Below, one piece after another: positions 1 to 9,790 of a stretch of 64,000 bases of DNA (position 1 is its first letter; every line of letters begins with the position of its first letter). The notes below the pieces were generated by a model that saw nothing but the letters and a program-made list of their open reading frames with translations, did not search any database and was not told the DNA's origin. A program made the translations under genes and the position numbers. This DNA comes from Gammaproteobacteria bacterium (GTDB lineage: Bacteria > Pseudomonadota > Gammaproteobacteria > JBCCGL01), in NCBI GenBank assembly GCA_965277715.1, contig OZ255836.1:2464001-2528000 (forward strand). The letters are read 5' to 3'.

Positions 1-1884
1 GCCATCTTGGAATACCTGCCGTACCGCAAGCGCGACGGCACAGCCCCACGCGATGAATCAACCTATCCGGTATTTGCCGCCGCCGGTTACGCCGGTATCC
101 GCGTGGATATTTCCGGTACGGGCGAATCCGATGGCGACTTCGACGACGAGTACTCACCCCGCGAACTGGCGCAGGGTGTTGAGGTGATCGAATGGATCGC
201 CGCGCAGCCCTGGTGCAGCGGCGCTGTGGGCATGATGGGCATCTCCTGGGGCGGTTTCAACAGCTTGCAAATCGCCGCGTTAAGCCCACCGGCACTCAAG
301 GCTGTCATCGCCATTGGCACCACTGTGGATCGCTACAATGATGATATTCACTACAAAAACGGTTGCCTGTTGTATTCAAATTTCTGGTGGTCAAGTGTCA
401 TGCTGTGCTACGCCTCGCGCCCGCCAGACCCACTGCTGGTGGGTGAAAAATGGCGCGATATGTGGTTGCACCGTTTAAATACGCAGCCGTTCCCATTGGC
501 CATTTGGCTGGCACACCAGCGACGTGACGACTTTTGGCGGCACGGGTCCATTTGTGAAAACTACGCCGCTATCACCGCGCCCGCACTGGTCATTAGCGGC
601 TGGGCAGATGGATACCTCAACGCACCGCCCGCCGCAGTAGAAAACCTCAGTGCCTGCGCTAAAGCGATTAACGGCCCCTGGATTCATAAATACCCCCACT
701 TTGCCTACCCCCACCCGCGCATGGATTTTCATGCAGAGGCATTGCGTTGGTGGGATCACTGCCTAAAAGGTATCGACAACAATATCGAATCACTGCCCGA
801 CTACCGCGCCTACATTTCTGAAAATGTACGACCATTGAAACGGCGTGACCAGGAACCAGGGCGCTGGGTGGCAGAACAACAATGGCCCCCGGCAAATAAA
901 TCGACCCAAACACATTACCTGGCCGAATATGGGCAGATGGCTACGTCACCACCGGCCCCCAAACTCCTGTCTATTTGTTCACCGCTGGATTGCGGCACCG
1001 CCAGCGGCGAGATCTTCACCTTGAAGCCAGATGCTGATATGCAAAGCGATCAACGCATAGACGATGCGGGGTCGCTTTGTTTCGATACAGAGATTTTAGG
1101 TGAGGCAATTGAAATACTTGGCCGCCCCATTATTCGTCTGCGCGTCGCTATCGATAAACCATTAGGCAACCTCGCCGTGCGATTAATCGACGTACACCCG
1201 GACGGCGTTGGTTTTCGCGTTAGCTGGGGAGCCATCAACCTCGCACACCGCAACGGCAACGAACACCCGGTACCTATGACACCCGGTGAATATGCCGACA
1301 TTGAACTGGTTTTGGACGAATGCGGTTACCGTTTTTTAACCGGGCATAAACTGCGCATAGCGATTTCAACCAGCTATTGGCCGATGCTGATGCCGCCCCC
1401 GGAAGCGGCCACGGCAACCATCGAACTGGGCGGCAACACCGCCATTACCCTGCCCGTACGGGAAGGGGGAGACGAACACTCCGTGCCAGAACCGGAAAAC
1501 CAACACCCACTGCCCGACTACCCCATGCACAAGGCAGCGCATTGCGAGCGCCGCGTTGACCGCGACCTGCAAAACCACAGCACACGCTACCTCATCGTCG
1601 ATGACACAGGTGAAGACGAAATGCCAGGCCACGGTTTGCGCACGCGCCACCGCCATGAAAGCCAGTGGTCTATCGCCCTCGACGACCCACTCAGTGCCCA
1701 ATCACACAGTGTTTACACCTGCTGGATGTCGCGCACAGACTGGTCGATTCGCACCGAATCAGAAAGCGAATGGGCCTGTGATACCACCCATTTTCACATC
1801 AAAGCCCGTGTATCGGCGTTTGAAAATGACCGGCTAATTAATCAACGCGAATGGAAACAGTCGATTTTGCGTGATGGTATGTAA
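1..1884 (+). CDS. CocE/NonD family alpha/beta hydrolase (X-Pro dipeptidyl-peptidase-like), 5' end outside window
   Basis: Frame open from base 1; YLPYRKRD, RVDISGTGESDG, nucleophile motif GISWGG, GPWIH, C-terminal PepX-like domain. Confidence 0.85.
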   Translation, partial: AILEYLPYRKRDGTAPRDESTYPVFAAAGYAGIRVDISGTGESDGDFDDEYSPRELAQGVEVIEWIAAQPWCSGAVGMMGISWGGFNSLQIAALSPPALKAVIAIGTTVDRYNDDIHYKNGCLLYSNFWWSSVMLCYASRPPDPLLVGEKWRDMWLHRLNTQPFPLAIWLAHQRRDDFWRHGSICENYAAITAPALVISGWADGYLNAPPAAVENLSACAKAINGPWIHKYPHFAYPHPRMDFHAEALRWWDHCLKGIDNNIESLPDYRAYISENVRPLKRRDQEPGRWVAEQQWPPANKSTQTHYLAEYGQMATSPPAPKLLSICSPLDCGTASGEIFTLKPDADMQSDQRIDDAGSLCFDTEILGEAIEILGRPIIRLRVAIDKPLGNLAVRLIDVHPDGVGFRVSWGAINLAHRNGNEHPVPMTPGEYADIELVLDECGYRFLTGHKLRIAISTSYWPMLMPPPEAATATIELGGNTAITLPVREGGDEHSVPEPENQHPLPDYPMHKAAHCERRVDRDLQNHSTRYLIVDDTGEDEMPGHGLRTRHRHESQWSIALDDPLSAQSHSVYTCWMSRTDWSIRTESESEWACDTTHFHIKARVSAFENDRLINQREWKQSILRDGM

Positions 1885-1893
1885 GCCTCAGCG

Positions 1894-2034
1894 TTATCTA
1901 ACCAACTCTGCCTGCGCCATCACTGGCTGTATTTCTTCCCGAACAGCCTGACGTACAATCTTTAACATAGACTGTTGTTGCATATAGTCTGTGGGGGCAT
2001 GATTAATCAGTGTTTGGTAATTACCGCCGCCTGC
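1894..2034 (-). pseudogene. C-terminal remnant of a BrnA-type antitoxin
   Basis: Translates AGGGNYQTLINHAPTDYMQQQSMLKIVRQAVREEIQ, resembling the BrnA GYQTxINxALxxY...LRxVxREE tail; no start codon between it and the gpmI stop. Confidence 0.55.
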
Positions 2035-2044
2035 AAGGAAAAAC

Positions 2045-3604
2045 TCACGACCCCACCAACAACGACCGCCCCTGCATTTCAACAGGCTGCTCCACCCCCA
2101 TAAGCTGCAAAACAGTCGGCGCAATCGACGACAACCCACCACCATTCGCCAACCGCCACACCTCGCGATCAATCACCATACAGGGAACGGGAAACGTCGT
2201 GTGCTGCGTATGCGGCCCATGTGTCAATGGATCGACCATCATGTCACAATTGCCGTGATCAGCGGTCAACACCACCGAATACCCCTGCGCACGCGCCGCT
2301 TCAATCACCCGACCCGCCTGACTATCCAGTGTCTCCACTGCCTTAACGGCTGCCGACCAAACACCCGTATGGCCCACCATATCGCCATTGGCAAAATTGA
2401 CCACGACAAAACCGTATCGATTGGACTCCAAAGCATCGATCACCGCATCGGCGAGCGCAGACGCACTCATCTCGGGTTGTAAGTCATAAGTAGTCACATC
2501 TGGCGAGGGGATCAACGCACGCGACTCACCTGTATAGGGCGTTTCCCGGCCCCCATTAAAGAAAAACGTCACGTGCGGATACTTCTCCGTTTCTGAGGCG
2601 TGAAACTGCGCTATGCCAGCCGCTTCAAGCAGCGCACCCAGAGTAACGGCCGGTACTTCCTTATCAAAAGCAACCGGAAACGGGTAATCCGATTGGTATT
2701 GTGTCATGGTCGTCAATAACACCGGCTCAAACTCGAAGGCTTCTCCATCAGTACAAACCAGATTGCGATCGAAATGGCAGAAGTCAGCCAATGCCAATGC
2801 CTCACTCAGTTCGCGTGGACGGTCATTGCGAAAATTGAAAAACACCACCTGATCACCACCGGCCATCGCCTCAAAGGCGGGCAGAATAATAGGCTGGATA
2901 AACTCATCGCCCTCACCTGATGCCCAGGCGGAGGCAATACCGTCTGCGGCATTGGGTGCGCTGCGCCCCTCGCCCTTTACCAGCGCCGCCCAGGCAGTGC
3001 GCACACGCTCCCAGCGTTTGTCTCTATCCATCGCGTAAAACCGCCCACATATACTGGCTATCCCACCACCCGCCTCACTCAGCGCGGTTTCCAGTGCAGG
3101 CAAAAATTGATTGGCGCACTGCGGTGAGGTGTCCCGGCCATCGGTAATCATATGCAACAGTGGCCTGACCCCTTCACGCCTGCTCAGTTCAATAAGCCCC
3201 AACAGATGGTTGAGGTGGCTGTGTACCCCACCGTCAGATACCAGGCCCAGTAAATGCAAGGGGCGACCGCTGTGTTTTGCCGCACGCGCAGCGGCCCGTA
3301 GCGCCGTATTTTCATAGAAGCTGGCATCGTCGATAGCAGCGCTGATAGCCACCAGATCCTGGCGCAGGATACTGCCGCAACCCAGTGTCATATGCCCTAC
3401 TTCAGAGTTGCCCATTTGCCCCTCTGGCAGGCCCACCGCCGGGCCTGATGTTTCGATTGTGGTCATTGGATTGCGTGAAAATAACGCATCAAAATTGGGT
3501 GTATCGGCAGCGATAACAGCGTTATCCCGCTTGGCCGGGTTAACCCCAAAACCGTCGAGGATAACCAGCAAAGTGGGCTGCCGTGGTGCGCGTGATTCAA
3601 GCAT
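2045..3604 (-). CDS. gpmI: 2,3-bisphosphoglycerate-independent phosphoglycerate mutase
   Basis: LVILDGFG, GQMGNSEVGH, SDGGVHSH, ETEKYPHVTFFFNGG, DMVGHTG, TADHGN motifs. Confidence 0.97.
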   Translation of the reverse strand: MLESRAPRQPTLLVILDGFGVNPAKRDNAVIAADTPNFDALFSRNPMTTIETSGPAVGLPEGQMGNSEVGHMTLGCGSILRQDLVAISAAIDDASFYENTALRAAARAAKHSGRPLHLLGLVSDGGVHSHLNHLLGLIELSRREGVRPLLHMITDGRDTSPQCANQFLPALETALSEAGGGIASICGRFYAMDRDKRWERVRTAWAALVKGEGRSAPNAADGIASAWASGEGDEFIQPIILPAFEAMAGGDQVVFFNFRNDRPRELSEALALADFCHFDRNLVCTDGEAFEFEPVLLTTMTQYQSDYPFPVAFDKEVPAVTLGALLEAAGIAQFHASETEKYPHVTFFFNGGRETPYTGESRALIPSPDVTTYDLQPEMSASALADAVIDALESNRYGFVVVNFANGDMVGHTGVWSAAVKAVETLDSQAGRVIEAARAQGYSVVLTADHGNCDMMVDPLTHGPHTQHTTFPVPCMVIDREVWRLANGGGLSSIAPTVLQLMGVEQPVEMQGRSLLVGS

Positions 3605-3622
3605 ATAAGTACCTATTAAAAA

Positions 3623-5860
3623 CTATTGATCGGTATCGTCAGTAATCAAACGCGTACTGCGGTGAAAGGTTAAATACGCCCAAATCCATTCCATCGCCAC
3701 GGACAGACGATTGCGCGCCCCAACCAGAAAAAGTATGTGCACCACGCCCCACAGCCACCAGGCCAGCGGGCCGCTGAATTTAATCCAGCCGAAGTCGACC
3801 ACCGCCGACTGGCGGCCAATCGTGGCGAGGTTGCCGATATGCTGATAGCGAAACGGGGGCGGCCCACGGCGCAGCTCAATAGCGGCGGCAATGGCGCTGG
3901 CAACGTAGACCCCACCCTGCTTGGCGGCGGGTGCAAGGCCCGGCACCGGGTTGCCATTCCAGGCGTTTACCAGGGCGGTATCACCAACGGCAAAAATTTC
4001 TGCGTATCCAGGCAGCGACATATCTTCACCGACAACCAATCGCCCGGCCCGGTCAGACTCGCCCTCCACCCACTGCGCAGCAGGTGATGCCGCAACACCC
4101 GCCGCCCAGAAAACAGACTCTGCGGGTACATGCACATCGCCGATATGCACACCACCGGCATCGATCTGCTCAACCCGGCAGTTCAGCATTACCTCCACAC
4201 CCATCGATTGCAGCGAGTGCAATGCCACTTCAGAGAGTTTCTCCGGGAACGGCGGCAGCAGGCGTGCCCCTGATTGCACCAGAATCACACGCGCTGTCGC
4301 GGGATCAATTTTCTCGAACTCGCCGGTCATGCCATGCCGGGATAATTCGACGATAGCGCCCGCCAACTCAACCCCCGTGGGGCCACCGCCGACGATGACA
4401 AAGGTCAGCAGCTTGCGCTGAAGCTCTGGATCGTCGATGTTTTCTGCACGTTCGAAAGTGCTCAACAGGCGCGTACGCACCGCCGTGGCGTCTTCGATGC
4501 GCTTCAAGCCCGGCGCAAAGGGCGCCCATTCATCGCGCCCAAAATAACTGTGCCTGGCGCCCGTGGCGAGCACCAGATAATCGTAGTAAATCGACTGCCC
4601 ATCCATATCGACATAACGGTTTTCCTTGTCGACCGCCCGTACTTCACCGTATAACACACGCGCATTGGCCTGCCCGCGCATCAAACTGCGGATCGGTGTG
4701 GCAATATCAGAGGGCGACAACCCAGCGGTGGCAATTTGGTACAGCAATGGTTGAAAAAGGTGGTAGTTGTGTTTGTCGATCAGCGTGACGCGGCACGCCG
4801 TATGGCGCAGCTTGCGCGCCGTGGTTAGCCCGGCAAAGCCCGCCCCGACGATCACCACATGCGGCAATTGATCCAGCGGCCCGGCGGGCATGCCGTAGAG
4901 CTGGGGAAAACGCTTACGGCTTATGCGGTTCAGCACACCATCTGCGGCGATGGCACCGGCACCGTGCAACAATAAGATAACCGACAAAATCAGCGTGTAG
5001 AAATAGTCATTCTGCAAGAGTGGCGCCACACTGCCATCAGACCAGGCAAACAACAACAACACCCCCATCAGGCAACTGGCTGCACGCACGATCAAGCCCA
5101 ATACCAATAGCACCGCTACGGCATAAGTCAGCCCGTCGATCAGCAGGCTGGCACCGCTCTGAGGGAAAAATGGTACGGCAAACTGGAAATGTAAAAAGGT
5201 CGACTGCACCGTATCAGGCACTGCCTGCGACTGCACACCGAGCAATAACAGGCAGGCGAGAAACAGACGCAGCAACAATAAAAATGTCGGCTGAATCGCA
5301 GTTTTACAATACGCCAGCGCGGTGTTCAGTTGCCTGGAAAACGGCAGCGCCGTATCGACAATACCGCGCCCAATAAAATGATCCAGCGAAATCGGCCCCG
5401 CGCCACGCACGGCATACCAGGCAAATAATACCGCCCAGAACACATGCTCATTGAGGGCCTGGTATTCGAGCTGTACCACTAAGCACAAAACCAGCAGCGG
5501 CAGAGCGGCAAGACGCGTGGCAAAGCCAAATACCAGCAATACAGGGGCAATCAGTTCAATGCTGATACCGAGGTAGGCAGCCGTCACCGGATCCATCCAC
5601 GAAACCGGGTACTCGTAGCGTGATAAATTGAGCGCCGTTTGCCAGTCGGCAATTTTTATTAACCCGGACACCCAGAACGACTGCGCCAGAAAGATCCGTA
5701 GCGCCAAATCAAAAAAGGGATGCGCCGCAACGCCTGCGACCGAGAAATAATCGCGTACCGCACCGATATGGCTGGCCCACCGGCTGTTCGATGTGTACTT
5801 TATGTTCTTGCTTCTCATTTGATTTTCCCGCCTATAAAAACGGCTGTATATCGACAGCAA
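3623..5860 (-). CDS. Fusion of two DoxX-type membrane domains with a type II NAD(P)H:quinone oxidoreductase (NDH-2); ATG at 5818 is a likelier start
   Basis: N-terminal DoxX (FWVSGLIKI...EY...ELIAPVLLVFGFATRLAAL...GAGPISLD), second degenerate DoxX, then NDH-2 motifs GAGFAG, HLFQPLLYQ, GGGPTGVE, FAVGD, APAAKQ. Confidence 0.85.
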   Translation of the reverse strand: MLSIYSRFYRRENQMRSKNIKYTSNSRWASHIGAVRDYFSVAGVAAHPFFDLALRIFLAQSFWVSGLIKIADWQTALNLSRYEYPVSWMDPVTAAYLGISIELIAPVLLVFGFATRLAALPLLVLCLVVQLEYQALNEHVFWAVLFAWYAVRGAGPISLDHFIGRGIVDTALPFSRQLNTALAYCKTAIQPTFLLLLRLFLACLLLLGVQSQAVPDTVQSTFLHFQFAVPFFPQSGASLLIDGLTYAVAVLLVLGLIVRAASCLMGVLLLFAWSDGSVAPLLQNDYFYTLILSVILLLHGAGAIAADGVLNRISRKRFPQLYGMPAGPLDQLPHVVIVGAGFAGLTTARKLRHTACRVTLIDKHNYHLFQPLLYQIATAGLSPSDIATPIRSLMRGQANARVLYGEVRAVDKENRYVDMDGQSIYYDYLVLATGARHSYFGRDEWAPFAPGLKRIEDATAVRTRLLSTFERAENIDDPELQRKLLTFVIVGGGPTGVELAGAIVELSRHGMTGEFEKIDPATARVILVQSGARLLPPFPEKLSEVALHSLQSMGVEVMLNCRVEQIDAGGVHIGDVHVPAESVFWAAGVAASPAAQWVEGESDRAGRLVVGEDMSLPGYAEIFAVGDTALVNAWNGNPVPGLAPAAKQGGVYVASAIAAAIELRRGPPPFRYQHIGNLATIGRQSAVVDFGWIKFSGPLAWWLWGVVHILFLVGARNRLSVAMEWIWAYLTFHRSTRLITDDTDQ

Positions 5861-5979
5861 TTTATTGCTGCTGCTGAATAATTTCTATTGCTACGTGTAA
5901 TTGTAGTCCGCGTTGCACACTCATTGGAATCCTTACACTGCCCAAATGACACTGAGCGGCGACAAAAGCGGAGAATATA

Positions 5980-6114
5980 GTACACCGTCCACTTTCTATT
6001 GGCAGGTTCAGTGTTGCGTTGTTGACGCTGAACAAGACGCACTGGCGCGACATAGTGGTTCTATGGCAAGCTAGTGCGCTAGCTGAATCCGTCAATATAA
6101 GTTAGACGGTGTAC
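5980..6114. mobile_element. MITE family B, ~135 bp, terminal inverted repeats GTACACCGTC...GACGGTGTAC
   Basis: Perfect 10-bp inverted repeat; related ends at 32758 and 36891. Confidence 0.6.
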
Positions 6115-6158
6115 CAGAGTAGCGCCCCTTCAGACGGTGGTTCGCCCCATCGCCAATA

Positions 6159-7175
6159 ATGAGACACCCAATAATGATTGATATGCAACCTACCGAACGC
6201 GTTTGCGCACGCGCACTTTTTGGCATCGAAACCCCGCTAATGGTGCCCGCGTTCCGCGAGCGCGACGAGCATGTGCCAGAAATCGACCCCGCCTACTGCT
6301 TTAACCACGATGCCACACTGGCCATTCTGGCGGGTTTCGCCAGTGACCGCCGGGTAATGCTACAGGGCTATCACGGCACCGGTAAATCGACGCATATCGA
6401 GCAGGTGGCGGCGCGCCTTAACTGGCCGTGTGTGCGGGTCAATCTGGATGGGCATATCAGCCGTCTCGACCTGGTGGGGCGCGATGTTATCGCAATCCGC
6501 GACGGTAAGCAGGTCACCGAGTTTCAGGAGGGCATCGTGCCGTGGGCGTTACAGCGGCCCGTCGCGCTGATTTTTGATGAGTTCGATGCGGGTCGCCCGG
6601 ACGTGATGTTTGTTATCCAGCGCATTCTGGAGCGCGACGGTAAATTCACCCTGCTCGATCAAAACCGGGTTATCAGCCCACACGCCGGGTTTCGCCTGTT
6701 CGCCACCGCCAATACGGTCGGTCTCGGCAACCTCAGCGGTTTGTACCACGGTGCACAAGTGCTCAATCAGGCGCAAATCGACCGCTGGAATATTGTTGCG
6801 ACACTCAACTATCCGGCACGCGCCGATGAGGTCGACATCGTCGCCTCACGCGTGCCCAATTTCGGCACACACGGAGGCCATGAGGTGATCGGGCGCATGG
6901 TGGCGGTGGCCGATTTAACCCGGCAGGGGTTTGCCGCCGGTGATATATCCACAGTAATGTCACCGCGCACGGTGATTACCTGGGCAGAAAATATGGAAAT
7001 TTTTGGCGAGATGGATCGCGCCTTTCGCCTATCGTTTCTCAATAAGTGCGACGAGGCCGAGCGCTCGATTATCGCCGAATACTACCAGCGGGCCTTCGGC
7101 GAGGAGTTGGAATACTCGATCGCCAATGAAACGCCCAATGCAACACCCAGCCATCAACAGGCAAGCGCCGCGTGA
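6159..7175 (+). CDS. CobS-like (cobaltochelatase small subunit family) MoxR-type AAA+ ATPase
   Basis: GYHGTGKSTHIEQVAARLNWPC, IFDEFDAGRPDV, MSPRTVITWAEN. Confidence 0.85.
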   Translation: MRHPIMIDMQPTERVCARALFGIETPLMVPAFRERDEHVPEIDPAYCFNHDATLAILAGFASDRRVMLQGYHGTGKSTHIEQVAARLNWPCVRVNLDGHISRLDLVGRDVIAIRDGKQVTEFQEGIVPWALQRPVALIFDEFDAGRPDVMFVIQRILERDGKFTLLDQNRVISPHAGFRLFATANTVGLGNLSGLYHGAQVLNQAQIDRWNIVATLNYPARADEVDIVASRVPNFGTHGGHEVIGRMVAVADLTRQGFAAGDISTVMSPRTVITWAENMEIFGEMDRAFRLSFLNKCDEAERSIIAEYYQRAFGEELEYSIANETPNATPSHQQASAA

Positions 7176-8890
7176 ATGAGCAGGTGCAGCGGCGCCGCAT
7201 TGAACGACACTGCGCCGCCACTATCCGCGCACTGAGTGGCGTCAGCAACGCCGAATTTCGCGCCCAGCGCCTGCTGCTCAACGAGCGCACCTTTGCGCTG
7301 CGCACACCGCACCTGAGCGTCGACGTCATCGCCAACCCGCTGGCGCGCAGCCGGGGTGTCGCCGATGCGATGGCATTGCGGCTGTGCTACAGCGACCACA
7401 CACTGCACCACACACTGGCACCGCGCACCCCCATCGCCGCCATCGTATTCGATATTCTCGAACAACTGCGCGTGGAAATGCTCGCCCCACCCAGCCTGCC
7501 CGGTGTGCAGCGAAACCTGAACGAGGCGTTCGATCTATGGTGCCTGGAAGCGCGGGGCACCGGCCTGACCGAAAACGAGATTGGCCTGATGGTATTCAGC
7601 ATCACGCATATCGTGCGCTCGCGGCTGCGCAATGAAATGCTCGACGATGAAATCGATATGCTCATCGAGGTGAACCGCTTTCGCCTGGCGCCACGCGTCG
7701 GTGTCGAGCTATCGACACTGCGCAGCGTGCGCCACGATCAGGCCGCTTATGCCCAACTGGCATTGAAAATTGCCCATGTTATCGATGAAATCTGCGATAA
7801 CAGTGGTGAGGGCGAAGCACTGACAGACGCCGCTATCGCCTCGCGCTACCGCATGTTGCTGCCCCCCACCGATGATGAAATCAGCAACAGCGCGCTGCAC
7901 GGCAATGGTGCAATCGACCTCGCCGGATCCAGCTCAGACGACAGCGCCAGTGACTACCAGGTATTCACCCGTGAACACGACGTACAAATCGAAGGCGCCG
8001 CGCTATACCGGGAAAAACAACGCGCCGCACTGCGTGAACAACTGGATGATTTAATTGCCGCACAGGCAATCAGCGTGCCGCGCCTGGCCTTGCGTTTGCA
8101 ACGCCTGTTTGCCATTGAGCAGGCATCCGGCTGGAATTTTGGCGAGGAAGAGGGCTACCTCGACGGGCGGCGTATCAGTCAACTGGTCTCAAACCCCGCC
8201 TTCCGTCATATTTTCCGGCAAACCCGCTATACCCCGCACAGCGATGTCGTTGTCAGTTTTTTAATCGACAACTCCGGCTCGATGAAACGACAGCGCTTTG
8301 AGGCCGTGACGGTACTGGTGGATATATTTGCCCGTGCGCTGGAACTGGCAGGCGCCAAAACTGAAATACTGGGGTTCACCACCAATGCCTGGAGCGGTGG
8401 GCACACCATCAACCAATGGCGGCGCGCTGGCCAGCCTGAACCTGCGGGGCGCATGAACGAATTACTGCATATCGTCTATAAGGATGCCGATACCAGTTGG
8501 CGACGTGCGCGGCACTCAATTGCCGCCATGCTAAACCCACAGCATTTTCGCGAAGGGCTGGACGGTGAAGCACTGGCCTGGGCAGCGCAGCGACTCAGCG
8601 CCCGGCCTGAATCACGGCGCGCATTAGTGATGATCTCTGATGGTGCACCGATGGACACCACTACCCTGAACATCAATGACAAGGGCTATCTTGATCGCCA
8701 CCTGCACCACGTTGCCCACAGCATTGAAACGCGTGGAGAGATTGAACTGCGGGCTATCGGCATCGGCCTGGACATGGGGGAATTTTTCAAACGGTCGATT
8801 GCACTCGACCTGACCGGCACGCTCGGCAATCGTGCGTTTAGCGCCCTGGAACTGTTGTACGCCGCACGACCACCCGCCGATTTACTGTGA
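7172..8890 (+). CDS. CobT-like (cobaltochelatase family) VWA-domain protein
   Basis: RGVADAMALRL N-terminus, GWNFGEEEGYLD, MIDAS DNSGS, EILGFTT, MISDGAPMD; overlaps ATPase stop. Confidence 0.85.
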   Translation: MNEQVQRRRIERHCAATIRALSGVSNAEFRAQRLLLNERTFALRTPHLSVDVIANPLARSRGVADAMALRLCYSDHTLHHTLAPRTPIAAIVFDILEQLRVEMLAPPSLPGVQRNLNEAFDLWCLEARGTGLTENEIGLMVFSITHIVRSRLRNEMLDDEIDMLIEVNRFRLAPRVGVELSTLRSVRHDQAAYAQLALKIAHVIDEICDNSGEGEALTDAAIASRYRMLLPPTDDEISNSALHGNGAIDLAGSSSDDSASDYQVFTREHDVQIEGAALYREKQRAALREQLDDLIAAQAISVPRLALRLQRLFAIEQASGWNFGEEEGYLDGRRISQLVSNPAFRHIFRQTRYTPHSDVVVSFLIDNSGSMKRQRFEAVTVLVDIFARALELAGAKTEILGFTTNAWSGGHTINQWRRAGQPEPAGRMNELLHIVYKDADTSWRRARHSIAAMLNPQHFREGLDGEALAWAAQRLSARPESRRALVMISDGAPMDTTTLNINDKGYLDRHLHHVAHSIETRGEIELRAIGIGLDMGEFFKRSIALDLTGTLGNRAFSALELLYAARPPADLL

Positions 8891-8944
8891 CCGCCAAAAT
8901 ACGCTACGCTTCGCAACCCGAGACCTGACGAGTAAAAAACCGCC

Positions 8945-9784
8945 GTGCGCATCACCAGCAACGACTACCTGAAATGGAAAAATAAAGCCATCACACTGAT
9001 GGGCATGTCAGGCGTGGGCAAAACCACACTGGCGGGCAAGTTGTCGTGCGATAAATGGTTTCACTTTTCCGGTGATTACCGCATTGGCACCAAATACCTG
9101 AGTGAACCGATTCTCGACGATATAAAAAAACAAGCCATGCAGGTTGACTGCCTGCGGGAACTGCTGCGCAGTGACTCCATCTACATTGCCAGCAATATCA
9201 CCACAACCAACCTTGCGCCACTGTCGAATTTTGTCGGCAAAATTGGCCGTTGCGACCAGGGTGGCCTGCCCTTAGCCGAGTTCAAACGCCGCCAGCGGTT
9301 ACACCACCAGGCAGAAATTGCCGCGATGCAGGACATCGTGCCATTTATTGAAAAATCGCGCGATATTTACCGCTACCCACACTTCATTAACGATGCCGGT
9401 GGCAGCGTCTGCGAGCTGGATCATCCACCCACCCTCGCGCTACTCGCCGAGCACACTTTAATTATTTACATTGAGACCGATCAGGCGCGTGAACAAAAAA
9501 TGATCCAAAGCCAATTGGACAACCCCAAACCACTCTACTACCACGAAGCCTTCTTCGATGCGCAACTCGCAGCGTATTTATCGATACAGCAGCTATCGTG
9601 CGCTGAAGAAATTCAGCCAGACGAATTTGTACGCTGGATTTTCCCCAGACTGATCGCGGCGCGGCGCCCACGCTATCACGCCATCGTGCAGCAATACGGC
9701 TACGCTATCGAGGCAAAAGACGTAATCACCGTGCGTGACGAACAGGATTTTCACGCCTTAATCACCACAGCTCTCAACCGGTAA
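8945..9784 (+). CDS. P-loop NTPase/kinase-fold protein of unknown function
   Basis: Walker A GMSGVGKT, DYRIGTKY, FINDAGGSVCE, PKPLYY. Confidence 0.7.
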   Translation: MRITSNDYLKWKNKAITLMGMSGVGKTTLAGKLSCDKWFHFSGDYRIGTKYLSEPILDDIKKQAMQVDCLRELLRSDSIYIASNITTTNLAPLSNFVGKIGRCDQGGLPLAEFKRRQRLHHQAEIAAMQDIVPFIEKSRDIYRYPHFINDAGGSVCELDHPPTLALLAEHTLIIYIETDQAREQKMIQSQLDNPKPLYYHEAFFDAQLAAYLSIQQLSCAEEIQPDEFVRWIFPRLIAARRPRYHAIVQQYGYAIEAKDVITVRDEQDFHALITTALNR

Positions 9785-9790
9785 AACGCC

